A stretch of DNA of 62,953 nt, counting the filler, from Folioceros fuciformis (taxonomy: Eukaryota), in the NCBI GenBank assembly GCA_049999805.1. It is 5 parts of 5 records of this genome, joined end to end, with 100 filler letters (N's around TTAATTAATTAA, not from the genome) between each part and the next. Parts side by side here need not be neighbours in the genome. Positions count along the whole stretch, not along the records: positions 1 to 30,853 come from JBNGIO010005081.1; positions 30,954 to 48,592 come from JBNGIO010005085.1; 3 more parts are not named here. One strand, written 5' to 3'. Numbering within the stretch: the stretch's first letter is position 1; each line of letters begins with the position of its first letter. Shown here piece by piece: positions 24,385 to 35,742 of the stretch. The notes beneath the pieces were generated by a model. The model made no database searches. It saw only the letters and a program-made list of their open reading frames with translations, and had not been told where the DNA came from. A program made the position numbers and the translations under genes.

Positions 24385-24520
24385 TGGAGAACTTGATATG
24401 TGATCCATCAATGCAGCCCACCATGTTAGAAAATCTGGTTAGATCTTAAAACTTGGCAGAAATGATTTGTTGCCAGTGACTAGACATGGCCATGCAACAA
24501 ATTGTGAGAACAACTTCTTA
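24385..24520 (-). mobile_element. PIF/Harbinger DDE transposase fragment
   Basis: Minus-strand translation KKLFSQFVAWP / QQIISAKF*DLTRFSNMVGCIDGSHIKF; GCIDGSHI (24395-24418) matches the GAIDGSH first-aspartate motif of HARBI1/DDE_Tnp_4. Confidence 0.8.
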
Positions 24521-25629
24521 GGATAAACAACACCCAGTCTCAACTCAAAACCCTGGTGGCTAATGCCATGTTTTTAGGGCCTAACATAACTGCGCCTTCC
24601 CATTGGAAAGACATAGTTCCAACATCGCAATTATGCCTCATTTAGGCTATTTTAATGTATTAATGAAGACAGTAAAGGCGCTTTCCCTATTTGTCGATTT
24701 GTGGTTTACGTTGTGAAAGGCCCTGGCGAGCATGCTGACTTGGTTTCTATCATATTGTGCCCTTGAACCTTAAAAACCATAATCATGTGAGGAAAGAAAT
24801 GTAATGTTCTTTGTGGGTGAGAAAGAAAAAAGTCTTATATGTCGGGTGATGGCCGGGATGGCCACTACCGATACGGTCATGCCCATTAGCTTCAAAATAT
24901 AGGACTATATACTATACGGTAGTGTCAATACTATATATGGGACCTTGTCTTCTTAGTGTTTTTTTTGGCTTTGGTGAGTTTTGTGGCCCTCAGTTTGAAG
25001 TAATGCGATTTTTCAATCTTGCTTTCAGTGTGTTTTTATTATTATTTTAGTTTATTATTTTTAATAAAGAATTAATTAATCCTTATGGCATGCAGACGCA
25101 CTCCAGACTCCTCTTAGCCGCGCTCATCAAACCGCTCCATTTTTATCCTTGCTTTTATATATAATAATATTTTATACAATAAATAATCTTACTCTTTCTT
25201 TATTCAAAGTTTTGTGCTGCTCGAAGAGAAGTGGCGAGGCGCGGTGATTCAAATGTTAGAAGATTGGACCAAAATTAGCTATAACAAATTCTGGTACAAA
25301 ACCTCTGAGAAATACTAAAATACAGTTGTCTAAGGTACAAACTACAGTACACAGACATTTGGTGAAAGCTGGGCATCTAAGGTCCCGTCAGTAGGCAGAA
25401 CCCTGCAGAGGTTTCACAGAGTTTTAGGATCTCGGGCTTGGTAAAGGCTGCGCACCGTTCGGAGTTCTTGTCCTAGACATCTGTCTAATGCCCTCCCCTC
25501 CATACAACAACCTCCACAGATTTGTTTGTGGCTCCCCCAGGTCTCGCAGCTGGTGCTAACTCCATTCCTTGCTGGAACTACCTACTGATGCTCACCAGAC
25601 ACAGAGTGCACAAGACCATAGTCTCCTAA

Positions 25630-28542
25630 TCAGTTCAAAGGAGCCTCCGTCCATGTTGGATTTTCTGCAGAGATAAACGTCCTTATGCTTTCTGGAAGCA
25701 GGTCAAAGCTGTCTAATCTCCAACCTGTCATGTGCATAACAGCATTATCCGCGAAGGGAGGGGTTGATCCGACACGTAGCATGGCGCAATGGTTACTGAC
25801 GTCTTCATCTGCTTTGTCCATAAAGTATTCATAGCTTTCGTACGACTGATAGTTCCCTGCACACAGATAACAGGTTTCAATGCCTGCCGCTGCTGTTAAA
25901 GGAGAAGTGCGAAAGAAAGGAAGGCAGGAAACCCAGACCATTAGGCGTTCGAAGGTTCACGAAGACTGGACAGTTGAACGACAGCAGCGTCGTATTCTTC
26001 AAATGCCGAGGGATGACGAGACTCCCTCTCAAAGGTACAAGGGGCTCCCCTTGTCCATTACATGCCTGGTACAGGTTAAGATGGGAGTCAGATTCATAAT
26101 GTGAATTCCAAATGCGTAGGCCGCATCGAACCATCAAAATGCACCACTGCAGTCACCTCGGTCAGAAGCTGACCGCCCTCCAGGCTGTACGCCATCTTTT
26201 GGTATCGATACAACACAGGCAAGACCTTCGCACCCCGAAACTCTGTCAGCACCTCGTTGGAGCTCCTGTCGCGGAAAAGATATACTTTTCTTGACAGCTG
26301 GTAAAACTTATGTGCTCCTACAGCCACAGCCCTTGTGACTTCCAGACCCTCTACATTGGCGAGCACCTCCCCTCTGGGGAATTCGTAAAGCTCGCCAGTG
26401 GTGTACCAGAAGACAGTTCCTCCCCTTCTCCCAAGCCTAAGTGAAATCCACCTGTGTACAGCATCAAATCGCAAGCTCTCAGGAAATCAACCCACAAGCT
26501 CTCATACCCTCGACAAGTGCAACCGGGATTCCCACCAGGCAAAAAGGGTACCTCTGAAAGTTGGGCTCATCAAAGTAGTCGTTATCAACCGTCTTGAGAA
26601 GTTTGTCTCGGTAGTTGATCTTGGTCTGCAACACCTGTACCTCGCGTGACTGCTGCTCAAGCTCGCGCTGCCGTTGAACAAGAGCTTCCTTGGCTAGCTC
26701 AACCTCCCTCTCCCTTGCACTCACGCTTGACAGTCTTATTTCCAAACGAGCACCCTCTTTCCTGATCCTTTCATCAGTGAGCCTTCTCTTTTCATCCTTC
26801 TCTTCTTGTAGTAAAAGCTGCTGCTCTCTATCCTTCTCCAGCCTCTTCTTCCATTCAGTCTCTTGAGCAGATTTCCACTTTTCTCTTTCCTCCATTAGTC
26901 TTCTCTTCGTCTCCTCGAGCAGAACGGCTGTAATTTCTTCCTTATGTGCGTTTATCTTTTCGACCCACTGAGTCTGAAGTTTCGCAACCTCCTTCATCCT
27001 GTCTTCATCTAACTGCTTCTGACAGGCCAGCTGTTGGGCAAGCTTCTCTTCCTCCAAATCAACTCTACTTTGTTCCCAAAGCTTGGCCTGCTCCACCTTC
27101 CTTGCCTTCGCTAACTTTGACTCAAGCTCCGTTTCCCAGGCCAGCCGCTGGTTCTCAAGCTCTTTAGTACCTTCCTGAACTTGTGCAATCAGTGCTGCTT
27201 TTTCTTGCTCCGCTTCCTTGATCTTGGTCTCAAGCTCAACTTTTACCCTTTCATTTCTTGCGATATCAGCCCTCAACTTTTGCAGTTCGTCACCGAGGGT
27301 CACAAGTTTGGCACTAGACGATGCGTCTGCTTGCTGTATTGCAGACTGCGCCATTCTCCTGGATTCGGCCTCCGCTTCTCTGAGCCTCAGGTTCTCGCCC
27401 TCCACTTTAGCTAAAACTAGACAAACGTCCTTCAATTTAGCTTCCCTAGCAGCTCGCTCGTCTGCTATCACCTCCTGCGTCCTTCTGCTCGACTGAGCCA
27501 GCAGTTCTGTCTGCTGCCGATTTTTCGCTTCCAAAGTAGCAAGAACGAGCTCAAGGTGAGAAATCTTGGCCTCTGCATTTACCTGCGCTTGCCCTTTCTC
27601 ACGAATTTCCTGAGCCGTCTGTTCACGTAGTTGAACATAATCTGTCTCCAGTTGCGAAAAAGTCTGCATCCTATCCTGTTCCGCCCTGGTCCAGTTCTCC
27701 GTCTCTGCCTCCCTGTGCAACCGTAACAGTTCTCGCTCCGTCTCAAGCCTTTGAATCCACTCCTTGTCAAATGTCTTCAGATACACCTGTTCCAGGTTTC
27801 TCCTATTCTCTACCAGTTCGACATCCCTTACGTATTTGTCCCGCTCAATAGACAGGAGGTCATTCCACTCCTTCTGGAAAACATCCAAGTAATACGTCTG
27901 CTCTGCTGTCACCCCAATTACGTGATCAGAAGGCTCTGTCGCATCGTATGGCTTCACCACATTCTCACTGTGCAACATCTCAGTTGCATTCCCCTCCATT
28001 GCAAACTCGGATTCCATTAAATCATCCTGTCTGACGGGTACATTTCGCTGGACTCCCTGGATAGCTGCGCCGTCTTCCCTGCGAAGCTCTAGCTGGTTAC
28101 TCTTGCATTCAGAATCAACACCCCCTCTAAAGGAATCCATCATACCTTCTTCTTCAGCAACAGCAGGAGTCTGCAGCATCTTCTCAGTTCCTTCGTCCGT
28201 CGGACACACCAACTTACGAACGCCTTCCTCTACGGCGGCTTCCAGGTTCTCCGATACAGCGCAGGCACCATTGCTGCCTTCCCGCTTCTCGGAGGCTGCA
28301 GGGGCTGGCTCATCACCACCTAATCCACCCACATTCTCCCGTGCAGGCAATACGCTGCCATCCTTCTTGGTTCTGTCTCGGTGCTTAGCAAACACATCCC
28401 GCGATCTCTCTGGAAGGCCTCTTCTCCAAGTACCTCGTGCCGCATTGTTACCTCCTGTTGCTCTAGAACCGTGATGTTTCACGGCATTGCCTAAAGAGTA
28501 CCCAACATAGGCCGCAGCGATTGCTCCCAATACACGGATCAT
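25630..28542 (-). CDS. Predicted 879-aa protein: hydrophobic N-terminus, acidic linker, long coiled coil and C-terminal DUF1838-like domain; exons 28542-26552, 26451-26157, 26065-25939, 25856-25630
   Basis: GT..CAG introns of 100, 91 and 82 nt join four ORFs in frame (2640 nt); C-domain RWISLRLG..VFWYTTGELY..VEGLEVTRA..QLSRKVYLFRD..NEVL..LDSFDLLPESIRTFISAENPTWTEAP recalls DUF1838 (recognised from memory, not searched). Confidence 0.8.
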
Positions 28543-29079
28543 TTTTCCCGCCGGATTCAGCGCTCACAAGTAGCGACTTCACGCCTAGACGAGCCGGTTC
28601 GTAGCGGGAGGCCGCGCTATGTCTTTGTGAACCAAGCTTAATCATTGTATTGTAGTTGGATAGCGATCTGAGACGCTGTAGTAGAACGGGGCCCTACCAG
28701 CCCCACGCTCATGGACGCAGGCGGAGAGACAACACACAAAAATCGAGAGCATGACCATGGCGCCAAATCGCAAGCCATGAGCCTCTTTGTTTCGGGAGAA
28801 CGGAACCATGGAGACCAGGGAGCTACATCAACCACAGACGGATCGTTATCAGGCGCCAAGAGGACAGCATAGCGCTCACGTCACGAGGCATAGTTGGCGA
28901 GATAGAGTGGAACACACATCTCGACACCTGGATAATACTTTCCTTTTCCGTCAGAAATTTTCTCTGAGGATCTGCTGCTACGCTAGGCTTGGTATCAACG
29001 CGTCAGAGAACGATGTAGTCTAGGGTTAGGTTGGCCCGGGGACGAGTGCTCAAGAGGAGGTGCCTTGAAGGACAGCTCG

Positions 29080-30158
29080 ATGATTGCCCTCACCATTACC
29101 AGGAGCTTTGGCAAGGTGTTTTTTGGGCGGGCGTCTGCAAGGCTGCTATATAACCGTCCGGTAATTCGCAATGCGGCGGCGTCAGGGGGAAGCAGTTTTT
29201 GGGTGCTGGCGCCAGTGGAAATGGGCAGGAGATCCTCCAAGATTGCCATGCGTAAGGGCGTCCAGGATGCCAAAAAGGCGAAGCTGTATGGCAGGCTGGG
29301 CAAGCAGATCGTGACAGCAGTGAAGGGGGGAGGCCCCAATCCTACTGCCAATGTGGAGTTGGCTGCTTTGATAGAGAAGGCCAAGCAGTATGATATCCCC
29401 AAGGACATCATCGAAAGGTAGGCTATGTTATCTTCCTGCCTCTCCATCGACACTTGAGATCTCAAAGGAGCAGCCTTCCCAAACTGTGGTTTTGCCGATG
29501 TTCAGTTGCCTTCATGTGGAAATGCTTGCAGCCTGAGTGTGTCCTCTGTAGTATCATTCTGCAGCGCTTCTGTGGGCAACCGCCCCTGTTTCACATGTAA
29601 GGTACTCGACGCAGGAACATCAAGAAGGCCTCAGAGAAAGGCCAGCAAGACTTTGTGGAAGTAATGTACGAGGTGTATGGGGCTGGCGGTGTGGGGATCC
29701 TGGTGGAAGTTCTGACCGACAACTCCAACAGAACCGCTGCCAATGTGAGGGACATCGTCAAGAAGGGTGGGGGCAAGATGGCAAATCCAGGCTCAGTGTT
29801 GTTCAAGTTTAAGCGGTCGGGCATAGTATATGTGAATGCCAACGAGGTTGAAGCTGACGAAGTGCTGCTGGCCGCCATGGATGCTGGGGCAGAGGATGTC
29901 ATCGATCCCTCACCCGATGAAGCAGAGGAAGACCGCGACAAGTACTTCAGGGTTGTCACACCTGTTGAGGAGCACGCTTCCGTGCTTTCGAAGCTGAAGA
30001 CGGGGGGCTTGCTGGTGGATGCCGAGAGCTCTGGTCTAGAAATGATCCCCGTGGATACTGTGACTCCAGACCCTGATGCTGCCGAGGTGAACAACATTCT
30101 TGTCGACAGACTGCTTGAGCTAGATGATGTGGACGCTGTGTACATTAATCAACGGTAG
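29080..30158 (+). CDS. YebC/PmpR/TACO1-family protein with probable organellar transit peptide; exons 29080-29417, 29615-30158
   Basis: MGRRSSKIAMRKGVQDAKKAKLYGRLGKQIVTAVKGGGPNP..IPKDIIER|NIKKA..YEVYGAGGVGILVEVLTDNSNRT..GSVLFKF..LLELDDVDAVYIN. Confidence 0.96.
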
Positions 30159-30853
30159 TAGAGTTGCTGTTAGGGCAGGCTTCCCAAGCCTCAAGAGGGG
30201 GTTATTGTGAGCTCCGAGAACCTTCAGTGGACGTCCCTCGACACCCACTTCCCCTGCAGATGAAGGTTGGCCGCATTTACCCTCATGCACATTCCTTCAG
30301 TGTTTCCCTGTCCCAGTGCAACTGTAGTGCTTGTGTACGAGCTTTCGAGGTGAGCGGCCAGGGGGCCTTGTCTTTTTTTTTTTCTCCATGCAGTAGCAAT
30401 GCAATTACCATATCCAAACGGAATCCTTGTAGAAAACAAACACAGTAGTGCGTGCCGAGTCGTGAGCGGTCAGGTGAACCAATTGATCATAAAGAGACGT
30501 GCTCCTGTCGGGTTGCTGTCTGAGAGAGCCGCGGTGAGACGATGCCGATCGTGGTCGCTTCCTGGGACCAAAGGTCGTTGGCCATGTGCTCCACTTGTCA
30601 CGGTGGTTGAGCAGGAAGTAGCAGGTTTTTGGGTCGCTGGAGCAGAACGGAAAGTATCGCCTTGTCCTCGCAGCCTCCGCCCCAGCAGCAGCTCCGCTCG
30701 CGGCAGGAGCGAGGAGCAGGCTGCGGCAACCCTAGCCGGTTGGGGGAGCGACAGAGCTGGCTGCTTGGCTAGCTGAAGCCTCTAGTTGAGCTTCAGCTGT
30801 CGTGCTACTCTAGGCAGTGCTGTAGCGGAAGCAAGCGAGCAGCAGCCATGGCG

Positions 30854-30953
30854 NNNNNNNNNNNNNNNNNNNNNNNNNNNNNNNNNNNNNNNNNNNNTTA
30901 ATTAATTAANNNNNNNNNNNNNNNNNNNNNNNNNNNNNNNNNNNNNNNNNNNN
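30854..30953. other. Assembly gap with artificial six-frame-stop linker (also 48593-48692, 55950-56049, 60821-60920)
   Basis: Identical 100-bp N..TTAATTAATTAA..N blocks. Confidence 0.97.
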
Positions 30954-33275
30954 GGGGGGTAGCATATATAGAGACCTAAGGGGTCCCGGACCACCAAAGG
31001 CCAAGGACATACCCCACTCACCTACCTATAGACCTGGTCCTTAATGTTCTCAATGACCCGAGGGCTAAGGAGGTACTCGCTCATTCCACCTACTTATCCC
31101 GGTCTCCAGTACACCCCAAACCCCGAAGCCCAAGAGGGACTTTGGGCATAAACACCCTGGTCTTATTTACCTACTAAGCCGATTCGCCTGTCCCTTCACA
31201 AAAAAAATCACAACCTGCTCATTCCATCGCTCAAAATGGGGGTTCCGAAAGATTTTTTCGTTCACAGCCTGCAACTGAGGACCCGCAGGGGCATCTACTA
31301 CTACCACTGGCGGGTATGGGGGCTGCCTCATTGCTATTCCGAGGCAGTCCTCGAGGAACTAGCGGAGGAGGAGGCGCAGTACTGGGTTGAGCGGGAGCCT
31401 ATCCTCATCCTCAGCAATTGGCGACGGAGGGAGGAGAGGGATTCCTTGCGACGGGACCCACCTGCGCCACCTCTAGCGAGGACCAACAGCAGCAGCAGTG
31501 AGGTGGAGGTCTTGTGGGAGGACTTGCTTGACTAGCGGCGGGGTAGGAGGGCCAGAGATGGACCAGTAGGAGGAGGAGCGTGACGGCCAGGAGGAAGGCG
31601 TCAGCGGCCAAGAGAGAGGCGATAGTAGTTACACTCTAGACTAGATTTTTTTTAGATTGTTTTTGCTTGGACCTAAGCCGCTCAGAATTTAAGAGCGCTG
31701 ATTGACCCCTGACAGAATTTATGGCGGAAAGGCCGCCACTACTGTGTACAACAGGCCGGTTTGGGCCTCCGGAAAATCAGCAAGAAACCAGCCCAACATT
31801 CCAACCTTGTGGAAGCGTAGCGATGGCCGTTGTTGGACAGGAGGTTCAGGCAAGCGAGCGCACGTAGTGTTCTGAGGGTGTGGGTGCAAGTGGTGGATGC
31901 TCCGTGACCGGGCTCCGGGAACGAATCAGGAGGAGAGACCTCACCGAGTGGGAGACGAGCTCCCCAGCTCTTCCCGTGACGGTCGTGCGGAGTGGTGAGG
32001 GTGACGGCGGTCGAATCCGCGAGTTCAGAGTGGAAGAGGATACCCCTTCCCTTAGCCTCTGGTGACCCCATCATTCCTTCAATTTTAGAGAGAATAGAAG
32101 GCCCTGGACGGGCGAGTCGGAGAGAAGAGACGAGAGTCGCGGGTAGACTAAGAAATGAGAGTGTGTTGATGACTGTGTGTTGGTGAAATGAGAGGGTGGG
32201 TCTGAGTGACCGCTGTTATGAGAGCTATGCGTGGACGCGGGTCGCGAGTGTGGTGGCGGTAGAAGGAAGTAGATGTATGACTAAACGACTGTTATGACTG
32301 TGTGCGAGTTGAGGGTGAGTCGAAGGTTGAGCTGAGAAATCGTAAATCGAAACGGTGAGTGTGTTGCACCGCGGGGGTGTGGTCATGGCTGACAAGCTAG
32401 TGAATGGAGTAAGAGGGTGACGAGAACTAGATGTAATTATGTACTACGATGGAATGCCGTGAAGTGAAGAGAAATCTATATGTGTGTGTGACAAAAGTGC
32501 AGGGACGCGCGAGTGGATGTGGGAAGTATGGGATGAGGTTGCGAGCAGAATGCGGCAGTGGGTGAGAGCGCCCTGACTGATTTAGAGCTGTGTGTATGTG
32601 TGTGGGTGAGTGCGCCGTCGTGCGTAGCGAAACGTAAGGGTTCCAAGGAATGCAGGAAGGCCCTGTGAAAAATACGGCCAAAGAGTTGGTATGTGTGTGT
32701 ATGAACTGAGCACCTTTGAGACCCGGGTTGGGGTAATGAGCAACACTGAGTGAATGGAAGGATGTGAGCCGTGAGGGAAGAGTGATCGCAAGTGAGAGAG
32801 AGAGGACCGAGACGGGTCACGTCGGTAAGGAGGCGTAAGCCAGAAAAGTAAGTAAGTTAGAGAGAGAGAGAGAGAGTGTGTGGTCCCCATTGGGGTAGCC
32901 GGTTGGGTGACTGTTGTGGAGGGGCAACGGAAGTAGCCGAGTGTGGCGGTAGCCGTAAGGGCCGCGGGGTAGTCGGGGACCAGTAGTCGAAGCAACCCTC
33001 ACCCCAGTAGCCGAGTAGGCCTGTTAGGTAGATCAGGGTCACGGTAGCTGAGGAGGCAACGGTGGTAGTCGAGTCGCGATAAGGTCAAGGTAGTTGAATA
33101 GGCGGTAGGTGAGCAGTAGATGAGTAAGACTGACCTTGGGTAGTAACTGACTTTGTGAGAAAACCTGTGTTATTTAACACAAATCATTCCCTTGGGATCG
33201 AATCCCAGTGCTATAATGACAAAGAGGGTTTGTGTGGACCTCGCAGCACCCTCAGGTGCAATATTTTCCCCCACA
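30954..33275 (+). mobile_element. Gypsy (Tat/Athila-like) 3' region and LTR remnant; putative LTR ~31743-33275
   Basis: Ends with TTAACACAAATCATTCCCTTGGGATCGAATCC...CCCCACA, shared with 54504-54606; 30954-31260 is homologous (inverted) to 52080-52330; putative TG start after ..CACTAC. Confidence 0.5.
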
Positions 33276-34019
33276 CCATGCAAGCATGGTCGGCACTCAC
33301 TCCACCCTACGAGGAATCGAAAATGACAGATCATGGGGACACGACACGGAGAGCACAATCAAGAATTAAAAGGGACCCCGCCCTTAACCCTGGCCACCAC
33401 TTCTAAAAGCTTTACCAGACGTTGCACACATGCATAGCCGGCACACACACTGCTGTATCCAAGCAGGGACAGCCTGAGAGAGCTCGCAAAGTGACGACTT
33501 GCCTCCTACAGGCTCACCTGATCTTATAGGAGCCTCTCTCTATCTGACTTCACCTCTCTCTAGCATGAGAAGTATTATTTTAATAGGACCACTAGCCTAG
33601 CCGGCTGGCACCAGCCACTTATTTAGACTTTCCTAACACATCCTGCCGCCAATGAGTTGGCCCTACAACCTACTAACCCTACCACCACAAGTATCTACCA
33701 CCTCTTAGACTATCTTGAGACTTTAAAGGATGCCTAATCTCCAGAGTTCTTGCGGACGCCGCCTCTTCCTTGCTGGATGGCCGCCCGCAAAGCCTTCCCT
33801 TGCAAATGTTCCCCCTTGGTGGTTGAGACTGCCTCCACGGGGGGAGTATGAGCAGTGGGAGAAGATAGGGAAGAGGTGGGAAGAAGTGGGATCAGCGGCC
33901 GGAACCGGAACTGAAATCAACAGCTTATTCAGCAAAATCGGCTTCCAGCCAAAATAGTTCCTCGGCCATGGAAAACTGATCCTGGGGTCCTGGGACAGTT
34001 CAAACTGTCGACGTCCTAG

Positions 34020-34604
34020 TTTCTGGCTAACCCTGTCATGGCACAGTGGTTAGCAATGAGGAGGCTATTCAAGTACATACAGGCTACAAAAGACTGGGGC
34101 CTCCTCTACAGTGGAGATGCAGCTGATCCACTTACCCTCAAAGCATTCAGTGATGCCGACTGGGCAAGAGACCAGGATACATGCCGCAACATCTCAAGCT
34201 ATGTGTTCATTTTGGTAGGGAGTGCAATCTCCTGGAGCAGCAAGCGACAACCCACTATCACACTATCATCAATAGAGTCAGAATACAAATTGTTGACTGA
34301 AGCATGTAAAGAAGCTATTTGGGCAGTGGGAGCACTTACAGATCTCGGTTCTCCTCGAGCATTGCCGCTAAGATTGATGTGCGACAACCAAAGCGTCATA
34401 GCACTATTAAAGAATCCTCGGTTCCATGCACGCACTAAGCATCTCGGCGTGCAACATCACTTCATTAGGGAGCAGGTTGCAAGCGGACTCATCCAAGTAG
34501 TGTACTGCCCCACAGAGCTCATGACAGCGGGCGTCTTGACCAAGGAGCTAGGCAAGGCAAAACACAACCAGCATACTTACGGAATGGGGCTACGCTCTGC
34601 GTGA
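34020..34604 (+). mobile_element. Ty1/Copia RT-RNase H 3' fragment, with a possible PPT/LTR start near 35017-35030
   Basis: FSDADWARDQDT..SYVFILVGSAISWSSKRQPTITLSSIESEY..CDNQSVIALLKNPRFHARTKH. Confidence 0.92.
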
Positions 34605-35174
34605 GGCTAGCAAATCTGGCTGCCTGATTCAGCTGAATCCAGCAAAAGCCACCAGGCTCACTTCGTAGATGAAGAAGATGTCTGAGAGCGCAGCAGCAGC
34701 AGGCGTCGACGCAACAAGCGCGTGGGCATCACCAAGCAGCGGGCGCAGGAGCGCAGCATCAGCATCGACGGGCGGCGGTGGCTTTCTGCAGCTAGGTCGC
34801 GGCCATGCCTGGCAGGCAATCTCGCGCGGATCAAGCTCTCACAGTAGCGGCCTGGCCACGAAGAAGATAAAGTCAAAAAAGGTCTTTTGGACAGCGTTTT
34901 CTTCGGCGAGTTTCTTTCTAGGCGTTTCAATTCTAGTTGAAGTTTCTTAGAGCAGTCAATTAGAATTAGAATTAGAATCATTGCTAAAACTATGCCACTA
35001 TAAATAACCTAACTCCTGAGTGGGAGTGAAATGATATAGATATTAAGTAGGTCCAGTCCTTAGGTTAATTAGCGAACTAGACGGTTACCTAAATACGGTT
35101 GTAACTGTCACATGTTAGGTGACACACAAAACGTGTGTTACCCCATAATGCAAATTCATTCGATCCTAATAGTT

Positions 35175-35736
35175 TGCAAAACCCTGGCAGGAAGCATTGG
35201 GAGGCAGTGAAAGGAGTTATAAGGTACTTAAATGGTACAAAAGCTTTGTGCATATGTTTTGATAGTGAAGATGCATATGTCGTGGGATATACGGATGCTG
35301 ATTATGCAGGGGATATGGACAAAAGGAGGTCCACATTAGGTTACGTCTTCATGTTCACTGGAGGGGCAGTCTCATGGCGATCTCATTGCAATCGTGCATA
35401 ACGCTATCTACCACAGAGGCCGAGTATGTTGTAGCAACTGAGGCTTGCAAGGAAGCCATGTGGCTTGCTCGTTTAGTAGGAGATTTGGGGATCGAGGTTG
35501 AGCTGCCAGTGTTGCATTGTGATAGCCAGAGTGCTATCCAGTTGGCGAAGAATCCGGTGTTTCATGCGAAGACCAAACATGTGGAAGTGAAGTATCACTT
35601 CATTCGAGAGGTGCTGGAAGACAAGAGGGTACAACTTGTCAAAGTCCACACCAGTCAGAACCGTGCAGATGTTCTTACCAAGAGGCTCTCTACGGAGCAA
35701 TTCGCATAAGCTCGGACACTCATGGGCATGAGGTAG
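35175..35736 (+). mobile_element. Second Ty1/Copia RT-RNase H fragment, frameshifted
   Basis: NPGRKHWEAVKGVIRYL..GYTDADYAGDMDKRRST..GGAVSWRS; LSTTEAEY..CDSQSAIQLAKNPVFHAKTKH. Confidence 0.92.
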
Positions 35737-35742
35737 ACCACT

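Noticed and set aside
26479-28542. Stand-alone 687-aa coiled-coil gene
   Set aside because: Its tail (YPFCLVG..) reads into a GT..CAG intron that joins in phase to the downstream domain
29591-30145. 184-aa Ser-rich minus-strand ORF
   Set aside because: Antisense shadow of YebC exon 2
30660-30853. Possible gene start (GCAGCCATGGCG) just before the gap
   Set aside because: Only two codons are visible, so it cannot be supported
30898-30909. Recurrent TTAATTAATTAA palindrome as a biological motif
   Set aside because: Always centred in 100-bp N blocks; a scaffolding linker
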